A DNA stretch of 64,000 bases, taken from Eledone cirrhosa. Its lineage: Eukaryota. The notes below the pieces were generated by a model, which worked only from the letters and a program-made list of their open reading frames with translations, had not been told where the DNA came from and did not search any database. Location of the stretch: positions 60,140,001 to 60,204,000 of the forward strand of contig OZ024745.1 of NCBI GenBank assembly GCA_964016885.1. Direction: 5' to 3'. The position numbers and the translations under genes were made by a program. Positions 1 through 11,123 of this stretch are shown piece after piece. The stretch's first letter is position 1. Each line of letters begins with the position of its first letter.

Positions 1-1623
1 AAAACCTCGACTTGGAGTGAGAACCTCGACTTTGAGTGAAAACCTCGACTTGGAGTGAGAACCTCGACTTGGAGTGAGAACCTCGACTTGGAGTGAGAAC
101 CTCGACTTGGAGTGGAAACCTCGACTTGGAGTGAGAACCTCGACTTGGAGTGAAAACCTCGACTTGGAGTGAGAACCTCGACTTGGAGTGAAAACCTCGA
201 CTTGGAGTGAAAACCTCGACTTGGAGTGAAAACCTCGACTTGGAGTGAGAACCTCGACTTGGAGTGAAAACCTCGACTTGGAGTGAGAACCTCGACTTGG
301 AGTGAAAACCTCGACTTGGGGTGAGAACCTCGACTTGGAGTGAAAACCTCGACTTGGAGTGAGAACCTCGACTTGGAGTGAGAACCTCGACTTTGTGTGA
401 AAACCTCGACTTGGAGAGAGAACCTCGACTTGGAGTGAGAACCTCGACTTTGAGTGAAAACCTCGACTTGGAGTGAGAACCTCGACTTTGAGTGAAAACC
501 TCGACTTGGAGTGAGAACCTCGACTTGGAGTGAAAACCTCGACTTGGAGTGAAAACCTCGACTTGGAGTGAGAACCTCGACTTGGAGTGAGAACCTCGAC
601 TTGGAGTGAAAACCTCGACTTGGAGTGAGAACCTCGACTTGGAGTGAGAACCTCGACTTGGAGTGAGAACCTCGACTTGGAGTGAGAACCTCGACTTGGA
701 GTGAGAACCTCGACTTGGAGTGAGAACCTCGACTTGGAGTGAAAACCTCGACTAGGAGTGAGAACCTCGACTTGGAGTGAGAACCTCGACTTGGAGTGAG
801 AACCTCGACTTGGAGTGAGAACCTCGACTTGGAGTGAGAACCTCGACTTGGAGTGAGAACCTCGACTTGGAGTGAGAACCTCGACTTGCAGTGAAAACCT
901 CGACTTGGAGTGAGAACCTCGACTTGCAGTGAAAACCTCGACTTGGAGTGAGAACCTCGACTTGCAGTGAAAACCTCGACTTGGAGTAAGAACCTCGACT
1001 TGGAGTGAAAACCTCGACTTGGAGTGAGAACCTCGACTTGGAGTGAAAACCTCGACTTGGAGTGAAAACCTCGACTTGGAGTGAAAACCTCGACTTGGAG
1101 TGAGAACCTCGACTTGGAGTGAAAACCTCGACTTGGAGTGAAAACCTCGACTTGGAGTGAGAACCTCGACTTGGAGTGAGAACCTCGACTTGGAGTGAGA
1201 ACCTCGACTTGGAGTGTAAACTGCGACTCTGAGTGAAAACCTCGACTTGGAGTGAGAACCTCGACTTGGAGTGAAAACCTCGACTTGGAGTGAGAACCTC
1301 AACTTGGAGTCAGAACCTCGACTTGGAGTCAGAACCTCAACTTGGAGTCAGAACCTCGACTTGGAGTCAGAACCTCGACTTGGAGTCAGAACCTCGACTT
1401 GGAGTGAAAACCTCGACTTGGAGTGAAAACCTCGACTTGGAGTGAGAACCTCGACTTGGAGTGAGAACCTCGACTTGGAGTGAAAACCTCGACTTGGAGT
1501 GAGAACCTCTACTTGGAGTGAAAACCTCGACTTGGAGTGTAAACTGCGACTTGGAGTGAGAACCTCGACTTGGAGTGAAAACCTCGACTTGGAGTGTAAA
1601 CTGCGACTTGGAGTGTAAACTGC

Positions 1624-2022
1624 GACTTGGAGTGTAATGTACAACTTGGAGCATAATGTACAACTTGGAGCATAATGTACGACTTGGAGCATAATGTACG
1701 ACTTAGAGTGTAATGTAGGACTTAGAGTGTAATGTAGGACTTAGAGTGTAATGTAGGACTTAGAGTGTAATGTAGGACTTAGAGTGTAATGTAGGACTAG
1801 GAGCATAATGTAGGACTAGGAGCATAATGTACGACTTGGAGTGTAATGTAGGACTTGGAGTGTAATGTAGGACTTGGAGTGTAAACTGCGAGTTGAAATA
1901 TAAATTGCGACTTGGATTGTAAACCTTGACTTGCAGTGTATTGAACAACTTGGGGTGTATACTGCGGCTTGGAGTGTAAAATGCGGCTCCGAATATAAAC
2001 TACGACTTGCAGTGTCATATAT
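1624..2022. repeat. Diverged-monomer cassette 1 (21 monomers: 13 of type ...TAATGTA[C/G], then 8 heterogeneous monomers)
   Basis: Runs from GACTTGGAGTGTAATGTAC at 1624 to GACTTGCAGTGTCATATAT ending at 2022; 399 bp = 21x19. Carries a private variant TAAAATGC at about 1980. Confidence 0.95.
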
Positions 2023-5000
2023 GACTCTGAGTGAAAACCTCGACTTGGAGTGAGAACCTCGACTTGGAGTGAGAACCTCGACTTGGAGTGAGAACCTCGA
2101 CTTGGAGTGAAAACCTCGACTTGGAGTGAGAACCTCGACTTGGAGTGAGAACCTCGACTTGGAGTGAAAACCTCGACTTGGAGTGAGAACCTCGACTTGG
2201 AGTGAAAACCTCGACTTGGAGTGAGAACCTCGACTTGGAGTGAAAACCTCGACTTGGAGTGAAAACCTCGACTTGGAGTGAGAACCTCGACTTGGAGTGA
2301 GAACCTCGACTTGGAGTGAGAACCTCGACTTGGAGTGAGAACCTCGACTTGGAGTGAGAACCTCGACTTGGAGTGAGAACCTCGACTTGGAGTGAGAACC
2401 TCGACTTGGAGTGAGAACCTCGACTTGGAGTGAAAACCTCGACTTGGAGTGAGAACCTCGACTTGGAGTGAGAACCTCGACTTGGAGTGAGAACCTCGAC
2501 TTGGAGTGAAAACTTCGACTTGGAGTGAGAACCTCGACTTGGAGTGAGAACCTCGACTTGGAGTGAGAACCTCGACTTGGAGTGGAAACCTCGACTTGGA
2601 GTGAGAACCTCGACTTGGAGTGAGAACCTCGACTTGGAGTGAGAACCTCGACTTGGAGTGAGAACCTCGACTTGGAGTGAAAACCTCGACTTGGAGTGAG
2701 AACCTCGACTTGGAGTGAAAACCTCGACTTGGAGTGAGAACCTCGACTTGGAGTGAAAACCTCGACTTGGAGTGAGAACCTCGACTTGGAGTGAGAACCT
2801 CGACTTGGAGTGAGAACCTCGACTTGGAGTGAGAACCTCGACTTTGAGTGAAAACCTCGACTTGGAGAGAGAACCTCCACTTGGAGTGAGAACCTCGACT
2901 TTGAATGAAAACCTCGACTTGGAGTGAGAACCTCGACTTTGAGTGAAAACCTCGACTTGGAGTGAGAACCTCGACTTGGAGTGAGAACCTCGACTTGGAG
3001 TGAGAACCTCGACTTGGAGTGGAAACCTCGACTTGGAGTGAGAACCTCGACTTGGAGTGAAAACCTCGACTTGGAGTGAGAACCTCGACTTGGAGTGAAA
3101 ACCTCGACTTGGAGTGAAAACCTCGACTTGGAGTGAAAACCTCGACTTGGAGTGAGAACCTCGACTTGGAGTGAAAACCTCGACTTGGAGTGAGAACCTC
3201 GACTTGGAGTGAAAACCTCGACTTGGAGTGAGAACCTCGACTTGGAGTGAAAACCTCGACTTGGAGTGAGAACCTCGACTTGGAGTGAGAACCTCGACTT
3301 TGAGTGAAAACCTCGACTTGGAGAGAGAACCTCGACTTGGAGTGAGAACCTCGACTTTGAGTGAAAACCTCGACTTGGAGTGAGAACCTCGACTTTGAGT
3401 GAAAACCTCGACTTGGAGTGAGAACCTCGACTTGGAGTGAAAACCTCGACTTGGAGTGAAAACCTCGACTTGGAGTGAGAACCTCGACTTGGAGTGGAAA
3501 CCTCGACTTGGAGTGAGAACCTCGACTTGGAGTGAAAACCTCGACTTGGAGTGAGAACCTCGACTTGGAGTGAGAACCTCGACTTGGAGTGAGAACCTCG
3601 ACTTGGAGTGAGAACCTCGACTTGGAGTGAGAACCTCGACTTGGAGTGATAACCTCGACTTGGAGTGAGAACCTCGACTTGGAGTGAGAACCACGACTTG
3701 GAGTGAAAACCTCGACTTGGAGTGAAAACCTCGACTTGGAGTGAAAACCTCGACTTGGAGTGAAAACCTCGACTTGGAGTGAAAACCTCGACTTGGAGTG
3801 ACAACCTCGACTTGGAGTGAAAACCTCGACTTGGAGTGAAAACCTCGACTTGGAGTGAAAACCTCGACTTGGAGTGAGAACCTCGACTTGGAGTGAGAAC
3901 CTCGACTTGGAGTGAAAACCTCGACTTGGAGTGAGAACCTCGACTTGGAGTGAGAACCTCGACTTGGAGTGAAAACCTCGACTTGGAGTGAGAACCTCGA
4001 CTTGGAGTGAGAACCTCGACTTGGAGTGAGAACCTCGACGTGGAGTGAGAACCTCGACTTGGAGTGAGCACCTCGACTTGGAGTGAAAACCTCGACTTGG
4101 AGTGAGAACCTCGACTTGGAGTGAAAACCTCGACTTGGAGTGAGAACCTCGACTTGGAGTGAGAACCTCGACTTGGAGTGAAAACCTCGACTTGGAGTGA
4201 AAACCTCGACTTGGAGTGAAAACCTCGACTTGGAGTGAAAACCTCGACTAGGAGTGAGAACCTCGACTTGGAGTGAGAACCTCGACTTGGAGTGAGAACC
4301 TCGACTTGGAGTGAGAACCTCGACTTGGAGTGAGAACCTCGACTTGGAGTGAGAACCTCGACTTGCAGTGAAAACCTCGACTTGGAGTGAGAACCTCGAC
4401 TTGCAGTGAAAACCTCGACTTGGAGTGAGAACCTCGACTTGCAGTGAAAACCTCGACTTGGAGTGAGAACCTCGACTTGGAGTGAAAACCTCGACTTGCA
4501 GTGAAAACCTCGACTTGGAGTGAGAACCTCGACTTGGAGTGAAAACCTCGACTTGGAGTGAAAACCTCGACTTGGAATGAAGACCTCGACTTGGAGTGAG
4601 AACCTCGACTTGGAGTGAGAACCTCGACTTGGAGTGAGAACCTCGACTTGGAGTGAGAACCTCGACTTGGAGTGAGAACCTCGACTTGGAGTGTAAACTG
4701 CGACTCTGAGTGAAAACCTCGACGTGGAGTGAGAACCTCGACTTGGAGTGAAAACCTCGACTTGGAGTGAGAACCTCGACTTGGAGTGAGAACCTCGACT
4801 TGGAGTGAAAACCTCGACTTGGAGTGAAAACCTCGACTTGGAGTGAAAACCTCGACTTGGAGTGAGAACCTCGACTTGGAGTGAAAACCTCGACTTGGAG
4901 TGAAAACCTCGACTTGGAGTGAGAACCTCGACTTGGAGTGAGAACCTCGACTTGGAGTGAGAACCTCGACTTGGAGTGTAAACTGCGACTCTGAGTGAAA

Positions 5001-5461
5001 ACCTCGACTTGGAGTGAGAACCTCGACTTGGAGTGAAAACCTCGACTTGGAGTGAGAACCTCGACTTGGAGTCAGAACCTCGACTTGGAGTCAGAACCTC
5101 GACTTGGAGTCAGAACCTCGACTTGGAGTCAGAACCTCGACTTGGAGTCAGAACCTCGACTTGGAGTGAAAACCTCGACTTGGAGTGAAAACCTCGACTT
5201 GGAGTGAGAACCTCGACTTGGAGTCAGAACCTCGACTTGGAGTGAAAACCTCGACTTGGAGTGAAAACCTCGACTTGGAGTGAGAACCTCGACTTGGAGT
5301 GAGAACCTCGACTTGGAGTGAAAACCTCGACTTGGAGTGAGAACCTCTACTTGGAGTGAAAACCTCGACTTGGAGTGTAAACTGCGACTTGGAGTGAGAA
5401 CCTCGACTTGGAGTGAAAACCTCGACTTGGAGTGTAAACTGCGACTTGGAGTGTAAACTGC

Positions 5462-5860
5462 GACTTGGAGTGTAATGTACAACTTGGAGCATAATGTACA
5501 ACTTGGAGCATAATGTACGACTTGGAGCATAATGTACGACTTAGAGTGTAATGTAGGACTTAGAGTGTAATGTAGGACTTAGAGTGTAATGTAGGACTTA
5601 GAGTGTAATGTAGGACTTAGAGTGTAATGTAGGACTAGGAGCATAATGTAGGACTAGGAGCATAATGTACGACTTGGAGTGTAATGTAGGACTTGGAGTG
5701 TAATGTAGGACTTGGAGTGTAAACTGCGAGTTGAAATATAAATTGCGACTTGGATTGTAAACCTTGACTTGCAGTGTATTGAACAACTTGGGGTGTATAC
5801 TGCGGCTTGGAGTGTAAACTGCGGCTCCGAATATAAACTACGACTTGCAGTGTCATATAT
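5462..5860. repeat. Diverged-monomer cassette 2
   Basis: Same 21-monomer order; marker ORF MFNT at 5598..5786. Confidence 0.95.
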
Positions 5861-7228
5861 GACTCTGAGTGAAAACCTCGACTTGGAGTGAAAACCTCGA
5901 CTTGGAGTGAGAACCTCGACTTGGAGTGAGAACCTCGACTTGGAGTGAAAACCTCGACTTGGAGTGAGAACCTCGACTTGGAGTGAAAACCTCGACTTGG
6001 AGTGAAAACCTCGACTTGGAGTGAGAACCTCGACTTGGAGTGAAAATCTCGACTTGGAGTGAGAACCTCGACTTGGAGTGAAAACCTCGACTTGGAGTGA
6101 AAACCTCGACTTGGAGTGAGAACCTCGACTTGGAGTGAGAACCTCGATTTGGAGTGAAAACCTCGACTTGGAGTGAGAACCTCGACTTGCAGTGAAAACC
6201 TCGACTTGGAGTGAGAACCTCGACTTGCAGTGAAAACCTCGACTTGGAGTGAGAACCTCGACTTGGAGTGAAAACCTCGACTTGCAGTGAAAACCTCGAC
6301 TTGGAGTGAGAACCTCGACTTGGAGTGAAAACCTCGACTTGGAGTGAAAACCTCGACTTGGAATGAAGACCTCGACTTGGAGTGAGAACCTCGACTTGGA
6401 GTGAGAACCTCGACTTGGAGTGAGAACCTCGACTTGGAGTGAGAACCTCGACTTGGAGTGTAAACTGCGACTCTGAGTGAAAACCTCGACGTGGAGTGAG
6501 AACCTCGACTTGGAGTGAAAACCTCGACTTGGAGTGAGAACCTCGACTTGGAGTGAGAACCTCGACTTGGAGTGAAAACCTCGACTTGGAGTGAAAACCT
6601 CGACTTGGAGTGAAAACCTCGACTTGGAGTGAGAACCTCGACTTGGAGTGAAAACCTCGACTTGGAGTGAAAACCTCGACTTGGAGTGAGAACCTCGACT
6701 TGGAGTGAGAACCTCGACTTGGAGTGAGAACCTCGACTTGGAGTGTAAACTGCGACTCTGAGTGAAAACCTCGACTTGGAGTGAGAACCTCGACTTGGAG
6801 TGAAAACCTCGACTTGGAGTGAGAACCTCGACTTGGAGTCAGAACCTCGACTTGGAGTCAGAACCTCGACTTGGAGTCAGAACCTCGACTTGGAGTCAGA
6901 ACCTCGACTTGGAGTCAGAACCTCGACTTGGAGTGAAAACCTCGACTTGGAGTGAAAACCTCGACTTGGAGTGAGAACCTCGACTTGGAGTCAGAACCTC
7001 GACTTGGAGTGAAAACCTCGACTTGGAGTGAAAACCTCGACTTGGAGTGAGAACCTCGACTTGGAGTGAGAACCTCGACTTGGAGTGAAAACCTCGACTT
7101 GGAGTGAGAACCTCTACTTGGAGTGAAAACCTCGACTTGGAGTGTAAACTGCGACTTGGAGTGAGAACCTCGACTTGGAGTGAAAACCTCGACTTGGAGT
7201 GTAAACTGCGACTTGGAGTGTAAACTGC

Positions 7229-7627
7229 GACTTGGAGTGTAATGTACAACTTGGAGCATAATGTACAACTTGGAGCATAATGTACGACTTGGAGCATAAT
7301 GTACGACTTAGAGTGTAATGTAGGACTTAGAGTGTAATGTAGGACTTAGAGTGTAATGTAGGACTTAGAGTGTAATGTAGGACTTAGAGTGTAATGTAGG
7401 ACTAGGAGCATAATGTAGGACTAGGAGCATAATGTACGACTTGGAGTGTAATGTAGGACTTGGAGTGTAATGTAGGACTTGGAGTGTAAACTGCGAGTTG
7501 AAATATAAATTGCGACTTGGATTGTAAACCTTGACTTGCAGTGTATTGAACAACTTGGGGTGTATACTGCGGCTTGGAGTGTAAACTGCGGCTCCGAATA
7601 TAAACTACGACTTGCAGTGTCATATAT
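7229..7627. repeat. Diverged-monomer cassette 3
   Basis: Same 21-monomer order; marker ORF at 7365..7553. Confidence 0.95.
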
Positions 7628-8976
7628 GACTCTGAGTGAAAACCTCGACTTGGAGTGAAAACCTCGACTTGGAGTGAGAACCTCGACTTGGAGTGAGAAC
7701 CTCGACTTGGAGTGAAAACCTCGACTTGGAGTGAGAACCTCGACTTGGAGTGAAAACCTCGACTTGGAGTGAAAACCTCGACTTGGAGTGAGAACCTCGA
7801 CTTGGAGTGAAAATCTCGACTTGGAGTGAGAACCTCGACTTGGAGTGAAAACCTCGACTTGGAGTGAAAACCTCGACTTGGAGTGAGAACCTCGATTTGG
7901 AGTGAGAACCTCGATTTGGAGTGAAAACCTCGACTTGGAGTGAGAACCTCGACTTGGAGTGAGAACCTCGACTTGGAGTGAGAACCTCGACTTGGAGTGA
8001 AAACCTCGACTTGGATTGAGAACCTCGACTTGGAGTAAAAACCTCGACTTGGAGTGAGAACCTCGACTTGGAGTGAGAACCTCGACTTGGAGTGAGAACC
8101 TCGACTTGAAGTGAGAACCTCGACTTGGAGTGAGAACCTCGACTTGGAGTGAAAACCTCGACTTGGAGTGAGAACCTCGACTTGGAGTGAGAACCTCGAC
8201 TTGGAGTGTAAACTGCGACTCTGAGTGAAAACCTCGACGTGGAGTGAGAACCTCGACTTGGAGTGAAAACCTCGACTTGGAGTGAGAACCTCGACTTGGA
8301 GTGAGAACCTCGACTTGGAGTGAAAACCTCGACTTGGAGTGAAAACCTCGACTTGGAGTGAAAACCTCGACTTGGAGTGAGAACCTCGACTTGGAGTGAA
8401 AACCTCGACTTGGAGTGAAAACCTCGACTTGGAGTGAGAACCTCGACTTGGAGTGAGAACCTCGACTTGGAGTGAGAACCTCGACTTGGAGTGTAAACTG
8501 CGACTCTGAGTGAAAACCTCGACTTGGAGTGAGAACCTCGACTTGGAGTGAAAACCTCGACTTGGAGTGAGAACCTCGACTTGGAGTCAGAACCTCGACT
8601 TGGAGTCAGAACCTCGACTTGGAGTCAGAACCTCGACTTGGAGTCAGAACCTCGACTTGGAGTCAGAACCTCGACTTGGAGTGAAAACCTCGACTTGGAG
8701 TGAAAACCTCGACTTGGAGTGAGAACCTCGACTTGGAGTCAGAACCTCGACTTGGAGTGAAAACCTCGACTTGGAGTGAAAACCTCGACTTGGAGTGAGA
8801 ACCTCGACTTGGAGTGAGAACCTCGACTTGGAGTGAAAACCTCGACTTGGAGTGAGAACCTCTACTTGGAGTGAAAACCTCGACTTGGAGTGTAAACTGC
8901 GACTTGGAGTGAGAACCTCGACTTGGAGTGAAAACCTCGACTTGGAGTGTAAACTGCGACTTGGAGTGTAAACTGC

Positions 8977-9375
8977 GACTTGGAGTGTAATGTACAACTT
9001 GGAGCATAATGTACAACTTGGAGCATAATGTACGACTTGGAGCATAATGTACGACTTAGAGTGTAATGTAGGACTTAGAGTGTAATGTAGGACTTAGAGT
9101 GTAATGTAGGACTTAGAGTGTAATGTAGGACTTAGAGTGTAATGTAGGACTAGGAGCATAATGTAGGACTAGGAGCATAATGTACGACTTGGAGTGTAAT
9201 GTAGGACTTGGAGTGTAATGTAGGACTTGGAGTGTAAACTGCGAGTTGAAATATAAATTGCGACTTGGATTGTAAACCTTGACTTGCAGTGTATTGAACA
9301 ACTTGGGGTGTATACTGCGGCTTGGAGTGTAAACTGCGGCTCCGAATATAAACTACGACTTGCAGTGTCATATAT
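8977..9375. repeat. Diverged-monomer cassette 4
   Basis: Same 21-monomer order; marker ORF at 9113..9301. Confidence 0.95.
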
Positions 9376-10724
9376 GACTCTGAGTGAAAACCTCGACTTG
9401 GAGTGAAAACCTCGACTTGGAGTGAGAACCTCGACTTGGAGTGAGAACCTCGACTTGGAGTGAAAACCTCGACTTGGAGTGAGAACCTCGACTTGGAGTG
9501 AAAACCTCGACTTGGAGTGAAAACCTCGACTTGGAGTGAGAACCTCGACTTGGAGTGAAAATCTCGACTTGGAGTGAGAACCTCGACTTGGAGTGAAAAC
9601 CTCGACTTGGAGTGAAAACCTCGACTTGGAGTGAGAACCTCGATTTGGAGTGAGAACCTCGATTTGGAGTGAAAACCTCGACTTGGAGTGAGAACCTCGA
9701 CTTGGAGTGAGAACCTCGACTTGGAGTGAGAACCTCGACTTGGAGTGAAAACCTCGACTTGGATTGAGAACCTCGACTTGGAGTAAAAACCTCGACTTGG
9801 AGTGAGAACCTCGACTTGGAGTGAGAACCTCGACTTGGAGTGAGAACCTCGACTTGAAGTGAGAACCTCGACTTGGAGTGAGAACCTCGACTTGGAGTGA
9901 AAACCTCGACTTGGAGTGAGAACCTCGACTTGGAGTGAGAACCTCGACTTGGAGTGTAAACTGCGACTCTGAGTGAAAACCTCGACGTGGAGTGAGAACC
10001 TCGACTTGGAGTGAAAACCTCGACTTGGAGTGAGAACCTCGACTTGGAGTGAGAACCTCGACTTGGAGTGAAAACCTCGACTTGGAGTGAAAACCTCGAC
10101 TTGGAGTGAAAACCTCGACTTGGAGTGAGAACCTCGACTTGGAGTGAAAACCTCGACTTGGAGTGAAAACCTCGACTTGGAGTGAGAACCTCGACTTGGA
10201 GTGAGAACCTCGACTTGGAGTGAGAACCTCGACTTGGAGTGTAAACTGCGACTCTGAGTGAAAACCTCGACTTGGAGTGAGAACCTCGACTTGGAGTGAA
10301 AACCTCGACTTGGAGTGAGAACCTCGACTTGGAGTCAGAACCTCGACTTGGAGTCAGAACCTCGACTTGGAGTCAGAACCTCGACTTGGAGTCAGAACCT
10401 CGACTTGGAGTCAGAACCTCGACTTGGAGTGAAAACCTCGACTTGGAGTGAAAACCTCGACTTGGAGTGAGAACCTCGACTTGGAGTCAGAACCTCGACT
10501 TGGAGTGAAAACCTCGACTTGGAGTGAAAACCTCGACTTGGAGTGAGAACCTCGACTTGGAGTGAGAACCTCGACTTGGAGTGAAAACCTCGACTTGGAG
10601 TGAGAACCTCTACTTGGAGTGAAAACCTCGACTTGGAGTGTAAACTGCGACTTGGAGTGAGAACCTCGACTTGGAGTGAAAACCTCGACTTGGAGTGTAA
10701 ACTGCGACTTGGAGTGTAAACTGC

Positions 10725-11123
10725 GACTTGGAGTGTAATGTACAACTTGGAGCATAATGTACAACTTGGAGCATAATGTACGACTTGGAGCATAATGTAC
10801 GACTTAGAGTGTAATGTAGGACTTAGAGTGTAATGTAGGACTTAGAGTGTAATGTAGGACTTAGAGTGTAATGTAGGACTTAGAGTGTAATGTAGGACTA
10901 GGAGCATAATGTAGGACTAGGAGCATAATGTACGACTTGGAGTGTAATGTAGGACTTGGAGTGTAATGTAGGACTTGGAGTGTAAACTGCGAGTTGAAAT
11001 ATAAATTGCGACTTGGATTGTAAACCTTGACTTGCAGTGTATTGAACAACTTGGGGTGTATACTGCGGCTTGGAGTGTAAACTGCGGCTCCGAATATAAA
11101 CTACGACTTGCAGTGTCATATAT
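10725..11123. repeat. Diverged-monomer cassette 5
   Basis: Same 21-monomer order; marker ORF at 10861..11049. Confidence 0.95.

Larger units (their letters stand above)
7628..11123. repeat. Tandem duplication of a 92-monomer (1748 bp) higher-order unit
   Basis: Consecutive marker spacings of 1748 and 1748; same order of rare variants (ATCTC, 2x GATTTGG, GGATTGA, GTAAAAA, TTGAAGT, GACGTGG). Confidence 0.9.

Noticed and set aside
1895-2000. TATAAA motifs and TATAAT-like CATAAT as promoters
   Set aside because: These are short matches arising from diverged monomers, with no downstream gene or other support.
1624-2022. Cassette as an inserted MITE, SINE or other transposon
   Set aside because: It is made of in-register 19-bp monomers of the same family. 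It has no terminal inverted repeats, poly(A) tail or target-site duplication distinguishable from the repeat, and is always in the same orientation and context.
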